Shown: piece after piece, positions 1 to 9,320 of the stretch
Position numbering within the stretch: position 1 is the stretch's first letter
How the letters are laid out: each line of letters begins with the position of its first letter
Assembly: GCA_022711395.1 (NCBI GenBank)
Contig: JAKLFA010000001.1
Coordinates: 451,277-515,276, forward strand
Direction: 5' to 3'
DNA: 64,000 nucleotides
DNA from: Candidatus Omnitrophota bacterium
GTDB taxonomy: Bacteria; Omnitrophota; Gorgyraeia; Zapsychrales; JANLHA01
Translations under genes and position numbers: made by a program
The notes under the pieces: generated by a model
Seen by the model: only the letters and a program-made list of their open reading frames with translations
The model's database searches: none
Told to the model about the DNA's origin: nothing

Positions 1-1
1 A

Positions 2-34
2 AAGACATGTCCTGTGATCGGCAGGACATGTCTT
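2..34. repeat. Perfect 13-bp inverted repeat hairpin (aagacatgtcctg ... caggacatgtctt) just upstream of the first gene
   Basis: Reverse-complement arms at 2-14 and 22-34 with a 7-nt loop. No T-tract follows. Confidence 0.5.
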
Positions 35-50
35 TGAACCGGTCGTTATC

Positions 51-1373
51 ATGCCCCGAAACATCCTTCTTTTTTTGACCACACTATTATCTGTTGTCCT
101 GTGTTCTTCTTGCTCCACGCTCCCAGCTATGCAGGGCCGTGTGCGCCGCCTTGTTGCCCAGGGGGAGGCGGAGCAGGCCGTATTGGTTTTTAAAAGGGCT
201 TCTAGTGGATATGGACGGAATCATGAACTCCTGTTCTTTTTGGACAGAGGCATGGTGAATCATTATGCCGGTCGCTACACGGAGAGTATTCAGGATTTTG
301 AGCACGCCAAAGGACTTTATGAAACGCTCTTTACTCAGTCCATTTCCAAGAAGGCGCTGACATGGATCTGGAATGATTATGCCCAGCCCTACCGGGGGGA
401 GGATTTTGAACGCGCCATGCTTAATTTATTTCAGGCCATGAATTTTGTGGCATTGGGAAAGATCGATGAGGCGTTGGTCGAGGCGCGAAATGTCGACCTG
501 ATTTTAAGGCGTTTCAATCAGCAGTATGGCGAGCAGGCGAATGTGTATAAAGACGATGCCTTTGTCCGTTTTTTGATGGGGATCCTCTATGAGTCGACCG
601 GGCGGAGTTACGATGTGAACGATGCCTTTGTTTCATATCGAACGGCCCTTGAGATCTATGAGGGGGATTACGCAACGTTCTATGATCTGAAAGCGCCGCT
701 GCTGCTAAAGGAGAACCTTCTTTCAGTGTCCCAATGGATGGGAACATCGGATCTAAAACAATATCAAAGCGTGTTATCTGACGTTTCGGTAAAAAGCATG
801 GCTGAACGCGGGGATTCTGCGCAGGTTTATGTTATCCTTTATCGCAGGATGATCGCAAACAAGGTGCAATCAACGATATTTCTTCCTGGGATAGACGGAT
901 ATCTTACACGCATTTCATTTCCTAAATACCGGAACGTATTTCAATCCTCCAAGGAAATGGTCCTAGAAGCAAAAAATGTCCAAGGGGAGGTTTTTCGTTC
1001 GGAGTTCCAGCAGGCTGAAGATTTGAATGTTATTGCCAAGAAGAATCTGGAGGACCGCAGGCTCCGGATCGCGGCCAAAGCGGTCGTAAGGCCGGTCGCA
1101 AAACAGCTTGTCTTTGAAAAAATTGAGGATAAAATACATGAGAAAGCCGGCGACACGGCCGGCGAACTTGTCCGCTATGCCGGGATGGCGTATGTCGCAT
1201 TTTCGGAGGAGGCAGACACTCGATCCTGGGAAACTCTACCAGCGGAGATACGGGTTGCCAGGCTCATCCTGGATGCCGGGACATATGAGTTTTTTGTTGA
1301 AGGTGAACGGATCGGAAGTTTAGCAGTGATGCCGGGAGATCAAAGGTTTTTGACCCATTGGACCATGAAATAG
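51..1373 (+). CDS. Hypothetical lipoprotein (TPR-like helical N-terminal region)
   Basis: ATG start. N-terminus MPRNILLFLTTLLSVVLCSSCS has a lipobox-like LxxC signal. No recognisable catalytic motif. Confidence 0.6.
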   Translation: MPRNILLFLTTLLSVVLCSSCSTLPAMQGRVRRLVAQGEAEQAVLVFKRASSGYGRNHELLFFLDRGMVNHYAGRYTESIQDFEHAKGLYETLFTQSISKKALTWIWNDYAQPYRGEDFERAMLNLFQAMNFVALGKIDEALVEARNVDLILRRFNQQYGEQANVYKDDAFVRFLMGILYESTGRSYDVNDAFVSYRTALEIYEGDYATFYDLKAPLLLKENLLSVSQWMGTSDLKQYQSVLSDVSVKSMAERGDSAQVYVILYRRMIANKVQSTIFLPGIDGYLTRISFPKYRNVFQSSKEMVLEAKNVQGEVFRSEFQQAEDLNVIAKKNLEDRRLRIAAKAVVRPVAKQLVFEKIEDKIHEKAGDTAGELVRYAGMAYVAFSEEADTRSWETLPAEIRVARLILDAGTYEFFVEGERIGSLAVMPGDQRFLTHWTMK

Positions 1374-1400
1374 AACAGAATTTGAAAAGGGAGGCATTCT

Positions 1401-1700
1401 ATGAAAAGAACAATGACCATGTTGGTGTTAAGCGTTTTAGTTGCCGGATGCACAACGACTCAGAAAGGCACAGCGATCGGAACGGCCGCTGGGGCAGGGC
1501 TCGGAGCTATTATCGGGCATCAAAGCGGGAATCGTGATAAGGGCGCTTTGATCGGCGGGGCTGTCGGTGCTGCTGGCGGTTATGTGGTTGGAAACAAAAT
1601 GGAGCAAAAGAAATTTTGTCCGACATGCGGCAAGGTGTTTTCAGAAGACAAGATCTATTGCCCGTTTGATGGAGCGGAACTGAAATTTCAGCAGAAATAA
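1401..1700 (+). CDS. Glycine-zipper (YMGG/SlyB-like) lipoprotein with C-terminal CxxC...C zinc-ribbon-like tail
   Basis: RBS aaagggagg. Lipobox LVAGC. Gly-zipper segment GTAAGAGLGAIIGHQSG...IGGAVGAAGGYVVG. C-terminal CPTCGKVFSEDKIYCPFDG. Confidence 0.7.
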   Translation: MKRTMTMLVLSVLVAGCTTTQKGTAIGTAAGAGLGAIIGHQSGNRDKGALIGGAVGAAGGYVVGNKMEQKKFCPTCGKVFSEDKIYCPFDGAELKFQQK

Positions 1701-1802
1701 TCTATATTTGTCCGATTTTTTCTTGCAAAATACCCGAATTATCGTTAATATAACGCGACCTCAAGGCGAACCTAAATGAAACCGTTGTTTCGGGAGAAAG
1801 CA

Positions 1803-3434
1803 ATGAAATTATTAGAAAACCTCGGTCTGGATGAGCTCGGCATCACGCAGGTGAAAGATCTTTTTTATAATTTGTCTTATGAAGACCTTTTCAAGCATGA
1901 AATGGATGCCGGATTGGACGGATATGATAAAGGTGTTCTGACGGAATTCGGCGCCGTTGCAGTGGATACAGGGCGATTTACCGGCCGTTCAGCCAAGGAT
2001 AAATATTTTGTTTGTGATGAAACCACCAAGAATGAACTTTGGTGGGGCAAGCCTGGTAAAGAAGTTGGCACCTCAGATAATAAACCTCTTTCCCCTGAAG
2101 CATGGTCGCATCTAAAGGAACTGGCTCTTAAGCAACTCAATGGAAAAAAGCTCTATGTGATGGACGGTTTTTGCGGGACGAACCCGGAGACGCGCTTGAA
2201 AGTGCGATTGGTCACTGAAGTGGCCTGGATGGCGCATTTTTTTAAAAATATGTTCATCCGTCCCGAAGAGAAGGAATTGGATGGTTTTAAACCGGACTGG
2301 GTGATCTTGAGCGCTTGTAAGACGAGTTGCAAGGATTTTGAAAAATACAATATGCGCTCTGAGGTTTTCGCCGCCAATAATTTGAACGAGCGGATGGCGA
2401 TCATCGGCGGCTCTTGGTATGGGGGAGAGATCAAGAAGGGCGTGTTCACGATCATGAATTATTTCCTCCCGAAGAAAGGCATTGGCGCGTTTCATTGCTC
2501 CGCGAATATGGGCAAGGACGGGGACACGGCGCTTTTTTTCGGGCTTTCCGGAACGGGGAAAACGACCCTTTCGGCGGATCCAAAACGCGCGTTGATCGGT
2601 GATGATGAGCACGGCTGGGATAATGAAGGGGTCTTTAATTTTGAGGGAGGATGCTACGCCAAGTGCATCAATCTCTCCGAAGAAAATGAACCGGATATTT
2701 ATCACGCGATCAAGCGGGACGCCCTGTTAGAGAATATTGTTGTAGACGCGAAGGGAAAGGTGGATTTCAGTTCTTCCGCAAAGACCGAAAACACACGCGT
2801 ATCGTATCCGATCCATCATATCGACAATATCGTCAAGCCTGTTTCCAGGGGCCGGCATCCGTCGAAGATCATCTTTTTGGCGTGTGACGCTTTTGGGGTC
2901 TTGCCGCCAGTAGCCAAGTTGACGATCGAGCAGGCTATGTATCATTATTTAAGCGGCTATACTGCGAAAGTGGCCGGCACCGAGCTGGGGATCACGGAAC
3001 CTGTGGCGACCTTCTCGTCCTGTTTCGGAAGGCCGTTCTTACCGCTGCACCCAACAGTCTACGCGCATATTCTCGGTCGAAAGATCAAAGAACATGGTTC
3101 TTCCGCCTATCTGGTCAATACAGGATGGAGCGGCGGGAAATTCGGGGTCGGAAAACGCATGCCCATCAAGGCGACCCGCAAGATCATTGACCATATTCTG
3201 GATGGGGGCCTTGACCGGGCTGAATTTGAAGTCTTGCCCGTTTTTAATCTGAATATTCCCAAAAGGCTGCCGGAAGTCGAAAACAGTATTTTGAACCCGC
3301 GCAATTCATGGCAGGATAAGGCTGATTATGATGCGACATTGCGAAAATTGGCCGGAATGTTCGTTAAGAATTTTGTGGCCTTTACGGACACCGATGAAGG
3401 CAAGGCGCTTGTTCAGGCTGGTCCTCAGATCTGA
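1803..3434 (+). CDS. pckA: Phosphoenolpyruvate carboxykinase (ATP)
   Basis: Near-colinear with E. coli PckA. Kinase-1a motif [16 protein letters not shown], and [20 protein letters not shown] at 1803 has RBS gggagaaag; the track ORF begins 27 nt earlier. Confidence 0.95.
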   Translation: MKLLENLGLDELGITQVKDLFYNLSYEDLFKHEMDAGLDGYDKGVLTEFGAVAVDTGRFTGRSAKDKYFVCDETTKNELWWGKPGKEVGTSDNKPLSPEAWSHLKELALKQLNGKKLYVMDGFCGTNPETRLKVRLVTEVAWMAHFFKNMFIRPEEKELDGFKPDWVILSACKTSCKDFEKYNMRSEVFAANNLNERMAIIGGSWYGGEIKKGVFTIMNYFLPKKGIGAFHCSANMGKDGDTALFFGLSGTGKTTLSADPKRALIGDDEHGWDNEGVFNFEGGCYAKCINLSEENEPDIYHAIKRDALLENIVVDAKGKVDFSSSAKTENTRVSYPIHHIDNIVKPVSRGRHPSKIIFLACDAFGVLPPVAKLTIEQAMYHYLSGYTAKVAGTELGITEPVATFSSCFGRPFLPLHPTVYAHILGRKIKEHGSSAYLVNTGWSGGKFGVGKRMPIKATRKIIDHILDGGLDRAEFEVLPVFNLNIPKRLPEVENSILNPRNSWQDKADYDATLRKLAGMFVKNFVAFTDTDEGKALVQAGPQI

Positions 3435-3484
3435 TGGCGGCCCTGAGTTCAGGGACAAAGTGGCAACGCAGTTGCTATAACGAT

Positions 3485-3520
3485 AAAAAAGAGACCAAAA
3501 ATTTGGTCTCTTTTTTATTT
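3485..3520 (+). terminator. Rho-independent terminator after pckA
   Basis: gagacc-aaaaattt-ggtctc hairpin followed by ttttttatttt. Confidence 0.8.
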
Positions 3521-3566
3521 TGGTGTACAATAGGAAAGCATTGAAAGAAGGGCTTTTGTTCTAAAC

Positions 3567-5066
3567 ATGAAACGGATCTTACTTGTCATTAGCCTGTTTA
3601 TATTCGGGTCACTCATGAACGCTTTCGCAGATCCTCACATTAAAAAGCCGAACGTGGCAGGACAGTTCTATACGGCAAACCCTGAACGCTTGCGCTCGCA
3701 GATTCAATCCTTTCTAGACCATGTCCAGGTTTCTCAGCCCCGGGATGTCCAGATCCTTGTCGCTCCGCACGCCGGATACATGTATTCCGGACAGGTTGCG
3801 GCCTTTGGATATAAAGAAACCGCGCATCAAAAATTCAAGACCGTGGTCGTTCTTGCTCCGAGCCACCATTATGGATTTCCGGGAGTTTCCGTTTGGGCGG
3901 AAGGGGGGCTTCAGACGCCGCTGGGCGTGTCAGAAGTTGATGAAGAATTCGCCCGGCAATTGATCGATGCTGATCCGCTGTTTGTATACGAGCCGAGGGC
4001 GTTTGAAAAGGAACATTCCCTGGAAGTGGAGATTCCTTTTATTCAGGTCGTCCATCCCCAGGCCAAGGTCGTTCCGGTCGTTATGGGACAATGCACTTAT
4101 CGGACTGTTCAGCGCCTTGTGGAAACGCTGGACCGCTTGATCGGTGAGAGGACGGACGTGCTGGTAGTGGCGTCTTCCGACATGTCCCATTTTCATAAAG
4201 ATGAAAAGGCGAGGGAACTTGACTATCAGACGCTTGAGTTGATCAAAACGTTCAAGACCGATGAATTTTGGGCCGATTGCAGCCAGCAAAAACTTGAGAT
4301 GTGCGGCTTTGTTCCTGTCTCCACAGCCATGCTTTTGGCGCAAAAGCGCGGGTTGAGCGCGGAGGTCTTAAATTATGCCAATTCCGGTGATGTGACCGGG
4401 GACCGGGACAGGGTCGTCGGATACACATCAGTGGTCTTTTTTTCAAGCCGGGATGGCCAGGCGATGGCCGATGATCCGGACCGGACAGCGGCATCGTTGG
4501 ACCTGAACCCGTCACAAAAGGCAGAACTTCTCACGATCGCCCGTAAGACGATCGAAGACTACGTGCGCACGGGGAAAACCTTTCAGCCGGATGTGAACGA
4601 TCCACGTTTAAGTGAGGTCGAAGGGGCTTTTGTTACGATCCACAAACATGGACAATTGCGGGGCTGCATCGGAAACATCATTGGTCAGCAGCCGTTATAT
4701 TTGACCGTGAGGGATATGGCGATCGCCGCCTCTTCCAGTGACCCGCGTTTTCTTCCGGTCTCGAAGGAAGAGCTTGCGGACCTTCATGTCGAGGTCTCTG
4801 TTCTTTCCAAGCCCTGGCGGGCCAAGAGCGTCAATGAGATCCAAATGGGGGTTCATGGCGTGATCGTCAGCCGCGGGTGGATGCATCGGGGCGTATTCCT
4901 GCCCCAGGTGGCCACGGAGACCGGCTGGAGCCGGGAAGAGTTTCTTTCGCAGCTTTGCGCGCAAAAAGCGGGGCTTCCAGCTAATGCTTGGAAAGACCCA
5001 GCGACACAGCTCGATATTTTTACAGCGACGGTATTTTCGGAGAAGGATGGCGATCAGGTTCCATGA
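3567..5066 (+). CDS. Memo-like (AmmeMemoRadiSam system protein B) fused to AMMECR1 (protein A), with N-terminal Sec signal peptide
   Basis: N-terminal half carries Memo motifs: PNVAGQFY, LVAPHAGYMYSG, VVASSDMSHF, VVGYTSVVFF. C-terminal half carries AMMECR1 motifs: GAFVTIHKHGQLRGCIGNI, SSSDPRF, GVHGVIVS. N-terminus MKRILLVISLFIFGSLMNAFA-DP is a signal peptide. Confidence 0.85.
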   Translation: MKRILLVISLFIFGSLMNAFADPHIKKPNVAGQFYTANPERLRSQIQSFLDHVQVSQPRDVQILVAPHAGYMYSGQVAAFGYKETAHQKFKTVVVLAPSHHYGFPGVSVWAEGGLQTPLGVSEVDEEFARQLIDADPLFVYEPRAFEKEHSLEVEIPFIQVVHPQAKVVPVVMGQCTYRTVQRLVETLDRLIGERTDVLVVASSDMSHFHKDEKARELDYQTLELIKTFKTDEFWADCSQQKLEMCGFVPVSTAMLLAQKRGLSAEVLNYANSGDVTGDRDRVVGYTSVVFFSSRDGQAMADDPDRTAASLDLNPSQKAELLTIARKTIEDYVRTGKTFQPDVNDPRLSEVEGAFVTIHKHGQLRGCIGNIIGQQPLYLTVRDMAIAASSSDPRFLPVSKEELADLHVEVSVLSKPWRAKSVNEIQMGVHGVIVSRGWMHRGVFLPQVATETGWSREEFLSQLCAQKAGLPANAWKDPATQLDIFTATVFSEKDGDQVP

Positions 5067-5431
5067 GTGAGGAGCCCATGCAATATCAAAAGCCTGTTCT
5101 GGTCTATGATCAACACTGCGGGTTTTGTCGCTGGTGCGCCGGGATCATCGGTTGGGCTGACTCAGAAAAAACCATTTCCTTTGTTGATTATCGTGATGAA
5201 ATTGTGGACAATATAGTTCCTAATGATCATCGAGCCCAGATATCCAGGTTCGTTTGTTTTTATGATGGGGCAGATTTCTTTTTTGGGTTTTTTGTTTTTC
5301 GCAGATTGAGCGTGATGTTAAAGCGGTTGTGGTGGCTGGCGCCGTTCGTTTTTTTTCCAGGCAGTGGATATTTCGGCCCCCGCGTCTATGAATGGATCTC
5401 AAAAAAACGGAAATGTGATGGCCTTTGCTAA
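5063..5431 (+). CDS. DCC-family thiol-disulfide oxidoreductase (DUF393)
   Basis: VLVYDQHCGFCRWC matches the DCC CxxC signature. ATG at 5063 overlaps the upstream stop (ATGA). The track ORF starts at an upstream TTG. Confidence 0.75.
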   Translation: MSEEPMQYQKPVLVYDQHCGFCRWCAGIIGWADSEKTISFVDYRDEIVDNIVPNDHRAQISRFVCFYDGADFFFGFFVFRRLSVMLKRLWWLAPFVFFPGSGYFGPRVYEWISKKRKCDGLC

Positions 5432-6548
5432 AAGATATTCGGTAAGAATGTTGCAGGTTTGCGTGGCGGCCTTTATCACGCATGCGGTTATCACGGCGGG
5501 ACATGTCCGGGCCGAGCAATCTTCTGTTCTTGATCCCAAGCTTCCGGCGGCGGATTACGGTTCGCAAAAGAAACAGGTCCAGGACAGGGCCCAGCGGCTC
5601 AAGCAAAGCCAACTGGTCCAGGATGTGAGTTCGACCTACCGTGAGATGGTCGCTTCTTTTAAGGCCCGTCAGATCGAGCACGCGGAAGAATTATCGCAAG
5701 AATTGGACAACCTTTTGGATGATCCATTATTACCTGTCGCCTTTGCTGAAAAAATGCGCAAGAAACAGCAGAATTTTCTGGAGAGGGTTTACGGGAAAGA
5801 AGACCGTTTGATCACGGAAATCCCAGTCGATAAGATTACCGATGAGGAGCTTCCTGCGATCCGCGAACGCATGTCCCCTCAAAGGAAGATCTCCGAAGTG
5901 TTGCCGGCTTCCGGTGAAGTCATGGTGGAGAGCGGACAGGCGCCGACCGTTTCGTTGGCGGCATCTGAACCTGCCCAGCCTGAGCCTAAAAAGAAAAAAG
6001 AGAAAAAAGCCAAGCAACAGAAAATATCGTCGAAAGAAAAGCTCGCAACTGAAGAAGTTCAGCAAACAGCGCTTCCCAAAACTACCGCAGAAACACGGCG
6101 GGATCATGAAAACGACCGTCAGACAGCATTGAAGCAGCGTAAACAGGCTGAAGAGGACCTGAGAAAATACGCTGACCAATCGCGCGAAGGAGAAGCGGAT
6201 GGCCTGCTACAGGTCCAGCGGCTCGCTTCTGAAGAACGGCAACAAAAGATCGATAATTTTTTAAAGAAATACCGTTCTGAAATGATGGTCCGCCGTAAAG
6301 ACCTTCAGACCGAATTCGATCTGCGGATCGAAGAATTATACAGAGACGGTATGGAGTTCTATAAAAACCGGGCTTACCGTATGGCCTGGGACCTTTTGTC
6401 GGAGGTCGAGCGCCTGAGTCCGGGATATAAGGACGTGCGTCGGGTCCTGGATTCGATCCGTATCTATGTTGAAGAAGAACTTGCGCATGAGCGCCAGCAG
6501 GAGATCTCAAGCGTTCTTGATGAGTATCAACAAAGCGCTCAAGAGTGA
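5418..6548 (+). CDS. Secreted Lys/Glu-rich coiled-coil protein (hypothetical)
   Basis: ATG at 5418 followed by signal-like MAFAKRYSVRMLQVCVAAFITHAVITAGHVRA. KKKKEKKAKQQK low-complexity tract. Long predicted coiled coil. Confidence 0.55.
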   Translation: MAFAKRYSVRMLQVCVAAFITHAVITAGHVRAEQSSVLDPKLPAADYGSQKKQVQDRAQRLKQSQLVQDVSSTYREMVASFKARQIEHAEELSQELDNLLDDPLLPVAFAEKMRKKQQNFLERVYGKEDRLITEIPVDKITDEELPAIRERMSPQRKISEVLPASGEVMVESGQAPTVSLAASEPAQPEPKKKKEKKAKQQKISSKEKLATEEVQQTALPKTTAETRRDHENDRQTALKQRKQAEEDLRKYADQSREGEADGLLQVQRLASEERQQKIDNFLKKYRSEMMVRRKDLQTEFDLRIEELYRDGMEFYKNRAYRMAWDLLSEVERLSPGYKDVRRVLDSIRIYVEEELAHERQQEISSVLDEYQQSAQE

Positions 6549-6559
6549 AGGGGGCATCA

Positions 6560-8434
6560 ATGAAGATCGTGAAAATTGTTTTCATCGTCCTTTTAGTGAT
6601 CGTGCTGTTGGGCGCTTTAGGGGCATTTATTTTTGTTAAGACGTTCGATCTCAACCGCTATAAGGACCAGATCGTCCGGCAGATGAGCGCGCAGATCGGC
6701 CGTGAGGTCGCAGTGGGGCACCTTGACCTTTCTTTTTCGTTCACGAAAGGCGTGGCCCTTCTGGTAAAAGATCTGAGCGTTAAAGACAGTGTTGAGGCGC
6801 CTTCGGGAGTGTGGGCAACGGTCGAAAATATTGAGCTCAAGGTCCTGCTAAAAGAATATTTGAGCGAAAAGAAGATCGTCTTTTCAAGCATCCGCCTTGT
6901 TACACCAACGGTGGGGATCGACCTGGGGCAAGTTTTGTCTGCGGACGGGGAAAAGCCCTCTTCTGATGGTCCCGCTGATGGTCCCGCATCCGTTTCTCAA
7001 GGGGCTGGCGCGGAAAAAACGGAAGATAAAGAGCCGTTCGATCTGAGCACATTTCAACTTTTGATCCAGTCCTTTGAGATTGTGGACGGTCGTATTCAGG
7101 TCAAGTCTGATGGTGAGATCCTCGCCCGAGATGTGTTGATCGACCATTTTGATTTCAAGATCGCCAATTTTTCGATCCAGGAACCGTTTGATTTTTCGCT
7201 GCGGTGCGCTGCTTTGGGTTCACGAAATGCTTTGGATGTTAACGGCCATGTCCGTTTGGACCTGCAGCAAATGCAGGCCCGCCTGGACGATGTTGTTTTG
7301 AAGAGCAACATCTCCGATCTTTCCTGGGATGATATCCGCGCAACATTTCCCCAGGCCTCTGCAAGCGGCGTGACGGCGATCGGTGGAGAATTAGCGGTCA
7401 CGGTCAACCAGATGATCGTTTCGGGGCAGGGAGTGCCGATCTTAACGGTCATGGCCGATCTGATCAACGGCAGTGTGGCGATGGCTTCTTTGAAAAAAGA
7501 GATCACGAACATTGAATTGCATAGTGAGTACTCCAACAACAATTTAGAAATTTTCAGATCGTCATTAAACATTGGTCAGGGCAGGGTTGATATCGCAGGC
7601 AAGGTCAACGATCTTTTGGCATCACAGAAATTTGATTTCGATCTGAACTTTAAGGATATCCAGTTGGCGGACCTGGTCCCGGATGTTCATCCTCAGATCC
7701 ATCCTGTCGCTCTTTTGAATGGAAAGACCAAGATCCAGGGATCGGGATTTGATCCCGAACAGATGCTGAAGACCCTGCAGGGCCAGCTCCAGTTCGATAT
7801 TACGGAGGCGAAACTTCCTGGGTTTAATCTTCTGAAATTCGTTTTGGGGCAGATATCTCCCATCCCCGGGCTGGATACGATGGTCCGGTCTTCTTTGCCG
7901 GAAAAATATACCAGCCAGTTCGACCGTGAAGAGACGATTTTTCAGAATATTGCCCTTGAGTCAAAGGTTTCCGACGGGGCGTTGAGCATTCCTCAACTGC
8001 GTATCGGGTCAGAACTTTTCGAATTGCTTTCAAGTGTCAAGGTCGGGTTTGATCAGTCCCTGGTTTTTGAAGGGAACGTGATGATCCCTAAGGAACTTTC
8101 TGCAGAGCTGGTCGCGGATATTCCGCAATTGGACAGCCTGAAGAATGAAGCCGGCGCCATCAGTATTCCCTTACAGCGCTATCAGGGAGCCGCTCAAAAA
8201 TTCATGCCGATGCCTGATCTTGTGAAGATCGGTCAAAAATTTTTGGTTGAACAGGGAAAGAAAGAATTAAACAAGATCCTGGGGAGCGTGTTGAAGGCGC
8301 CAGAAGAGCGGGCATCGGAAACAACGTCTTCCCAAGGGCAAGAACCTTCCGTGCCGCCGCAAGAGACCGGCACCGGAACGAAATCTCCGCAGGAAGATAT
8401 TGTCGACACGATTTTTGATTCTATCTTTAAATAG
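6560..8434 (+). CDS. AsmA-family outer-membrane assembly protein
   Basis: RBS aaggggg precedes ATG at 6560. N-terminal TM anchor MKIVKIVFIVLLVIVLLGALGAFIF, then AsmA-like repetitive beta-rich region. Confidence 0.7.
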   Translation: MKIVKIVFIVLLVIVLLGALGAFIFVKTFDLNRYKDQIVRQMSAQIGREVAVGHLDLSFSFTKGVALLVKDLSVKDSVEAPSGVWATVENIELKVLLKEYLSEKKIVFSSIRLVTPTVGIDLGQVLSADGEKPSSDGPADGPASVSQGAGAEKTEDKEPFDLSTFQLLIQSFEIVDGRIQVKSDGEILARDVLIDHFDFKIANFSIQEPFDFSLRCAALGSRNALDVNGHVRLDLQQMQARLDDVVLKSNISDLSWDDIRATFPQASASGVTAIGGELAVTVNQMIVSGQGVPILTVMADLINGSVAMASLKKEITNIELHSEYSNNNLEIFRSSLNIGQGRVDIAGKVNDLLASQKFDFDLNFKDIQLADLVPDVHPQIHPVALLNGKTKIQGSGFDPEQMLKTLQGQLQFDITEAKLPGFNLLKFVLGQISPIPGLDTMVRSSLPEKYTSQFDREETIFQNIALESKVSDGALSIPQLRIGSELFELLSSVKVGFDQSLVFEGNVMIPKELSAELVADIPQLDSLKNEAGAISIPLQRYQGAAQKFMPMPDLVKIGQKFLVEQGKKELNKILGSVLKAPEERASETTSSQGQEPSVPPQETGTGTKSPQEDIVDTIFDSIFK

Positions 8435-8597
8435 GATTTTAGTTATTTTTCGTCTTTTTTGCCCTGAGCATTCAGCACTTGTGCATGGAAAATCCGATGA
8501 TATAATATCCATATATTTTATATTGGGATTTTGAACAAAGCTGGATTTTTGCGGATCAGCGTTTTGAGTTGTTCAAGCTCAACGAAAGGAAAAATTT

Positions 8598-9248
8598 ATG
8601 ATGAAAAAGGCCCGCAAACGCTTGTATCTTCGAATAATCATGCTGACGATCATATTCAGCCTTTTGGTCTGGGCGTGGATCCTGTTCGCGCAGAATTATC
8701 GCAATATCACGCTCTCTCAGCGCATGGTCGATGCTATTATTCAGGACAATGTTGCCTTGGCGCGAAAATACGCCGGGGAGCTTGGATTGGCTCAGGAGAA
8801 CCTTGATCAAACGAGGGCGTTCGTTGTTGACCTTAAAGATGAGAATAAAAAGTTGAAAGAGCAGGTCCAGTTGATGGGGGAATTGAAAGATCTGGAAGCG
8901 CAGATCGAAACCCTTCGGGCTGAGAACGATCAACTCGCCGTGAAAATGGGGCAGCTGAAAGGCGCCAGTTCTTCCAAGAGTGATAAAGGCTCCTGGCAGT
9001 TTGACACGGTCGAAGAAGGAAAGCGCATCCTAAAGGAGCTGAGAGGGATTGTTCGTGATGTCAAGGCGCGCATTTGGAATTTGAGGGAAAAAAAGCAGAA
9101 AGAGGTGGATGATTTTGAATCCATGGTCGGTAATCAGGGATATCTGGTCAAGGATGGGCAGCTTTTGGCGCCGGTCACGATCATTGAAGGGCAGGCTACT
9201 GTCAAGCAGGATGGACAGGTGAAAGTTGATGTGAAGTTCGTAAAATAA
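8598..9248 (+). CDS. Membrane-anchored coiled-coil protein (hypothetical)
   Basis: N-terminal TM segment LRIIMLTIIFSLLVWAWILF. Central coiled coil (KKLKEQVQLMGELKDLEAQIETLRAENDQLAVKMGQLK). Confidence 0.55.
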   Translation: MMKKARKRLYLRIIMLTIIFSLLVWAWILFAQNYRNITLSQRMVDAIIQDNVALARKYAGELGLAQENLDQTRAFVVDLKDENKKLKEQVQLMGELKDLEAQIETLRAENDQLAVKMGQLKGASSSKSDKGSWQFDTVEEGKRILKELRGIVRDVKARIWNLREKKQKEVDDFESMVGNQGYLVKDGQLLAPVTIIEGQATVKQDGQVKVDVKFVK

Positions 9249-9273
9249 ATACCGGATCTTTGCAGAGTTCATG

Positions 9274-9310
9274 AAACGGAAGGCTTTAAAGTAAAGCCTT
9301 CCGTTTTTTC
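9274..9310 (+). terminator. Rho-independent terminator
   Basis: aacggaaggcttta-aag-taaagccttccgtt hairpin plus tttttt. Confidence 0.8.
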
Positions 9311-9320
9311 TAGGGGGCAG

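Noticed and set aside
2112-2705. 197-aa reverse-strand ORF inside pckA (also 2153..2455, 1877..2140)
   Set aside because: Fully antisense to a very well supported pckA coding sequence. No RBS or homology. Typical antisense ORF in a 50% GC gene.
4988-5062. 25-aa N-terminal extension of the DCC protein from TTG 4988
   Set aside because: The extension lies entirely inside the upstream gene in another frame. ATG 5063 with the ATGA stop-start overlap gives a canonical DCC N-terminus right before the CxxC motif.
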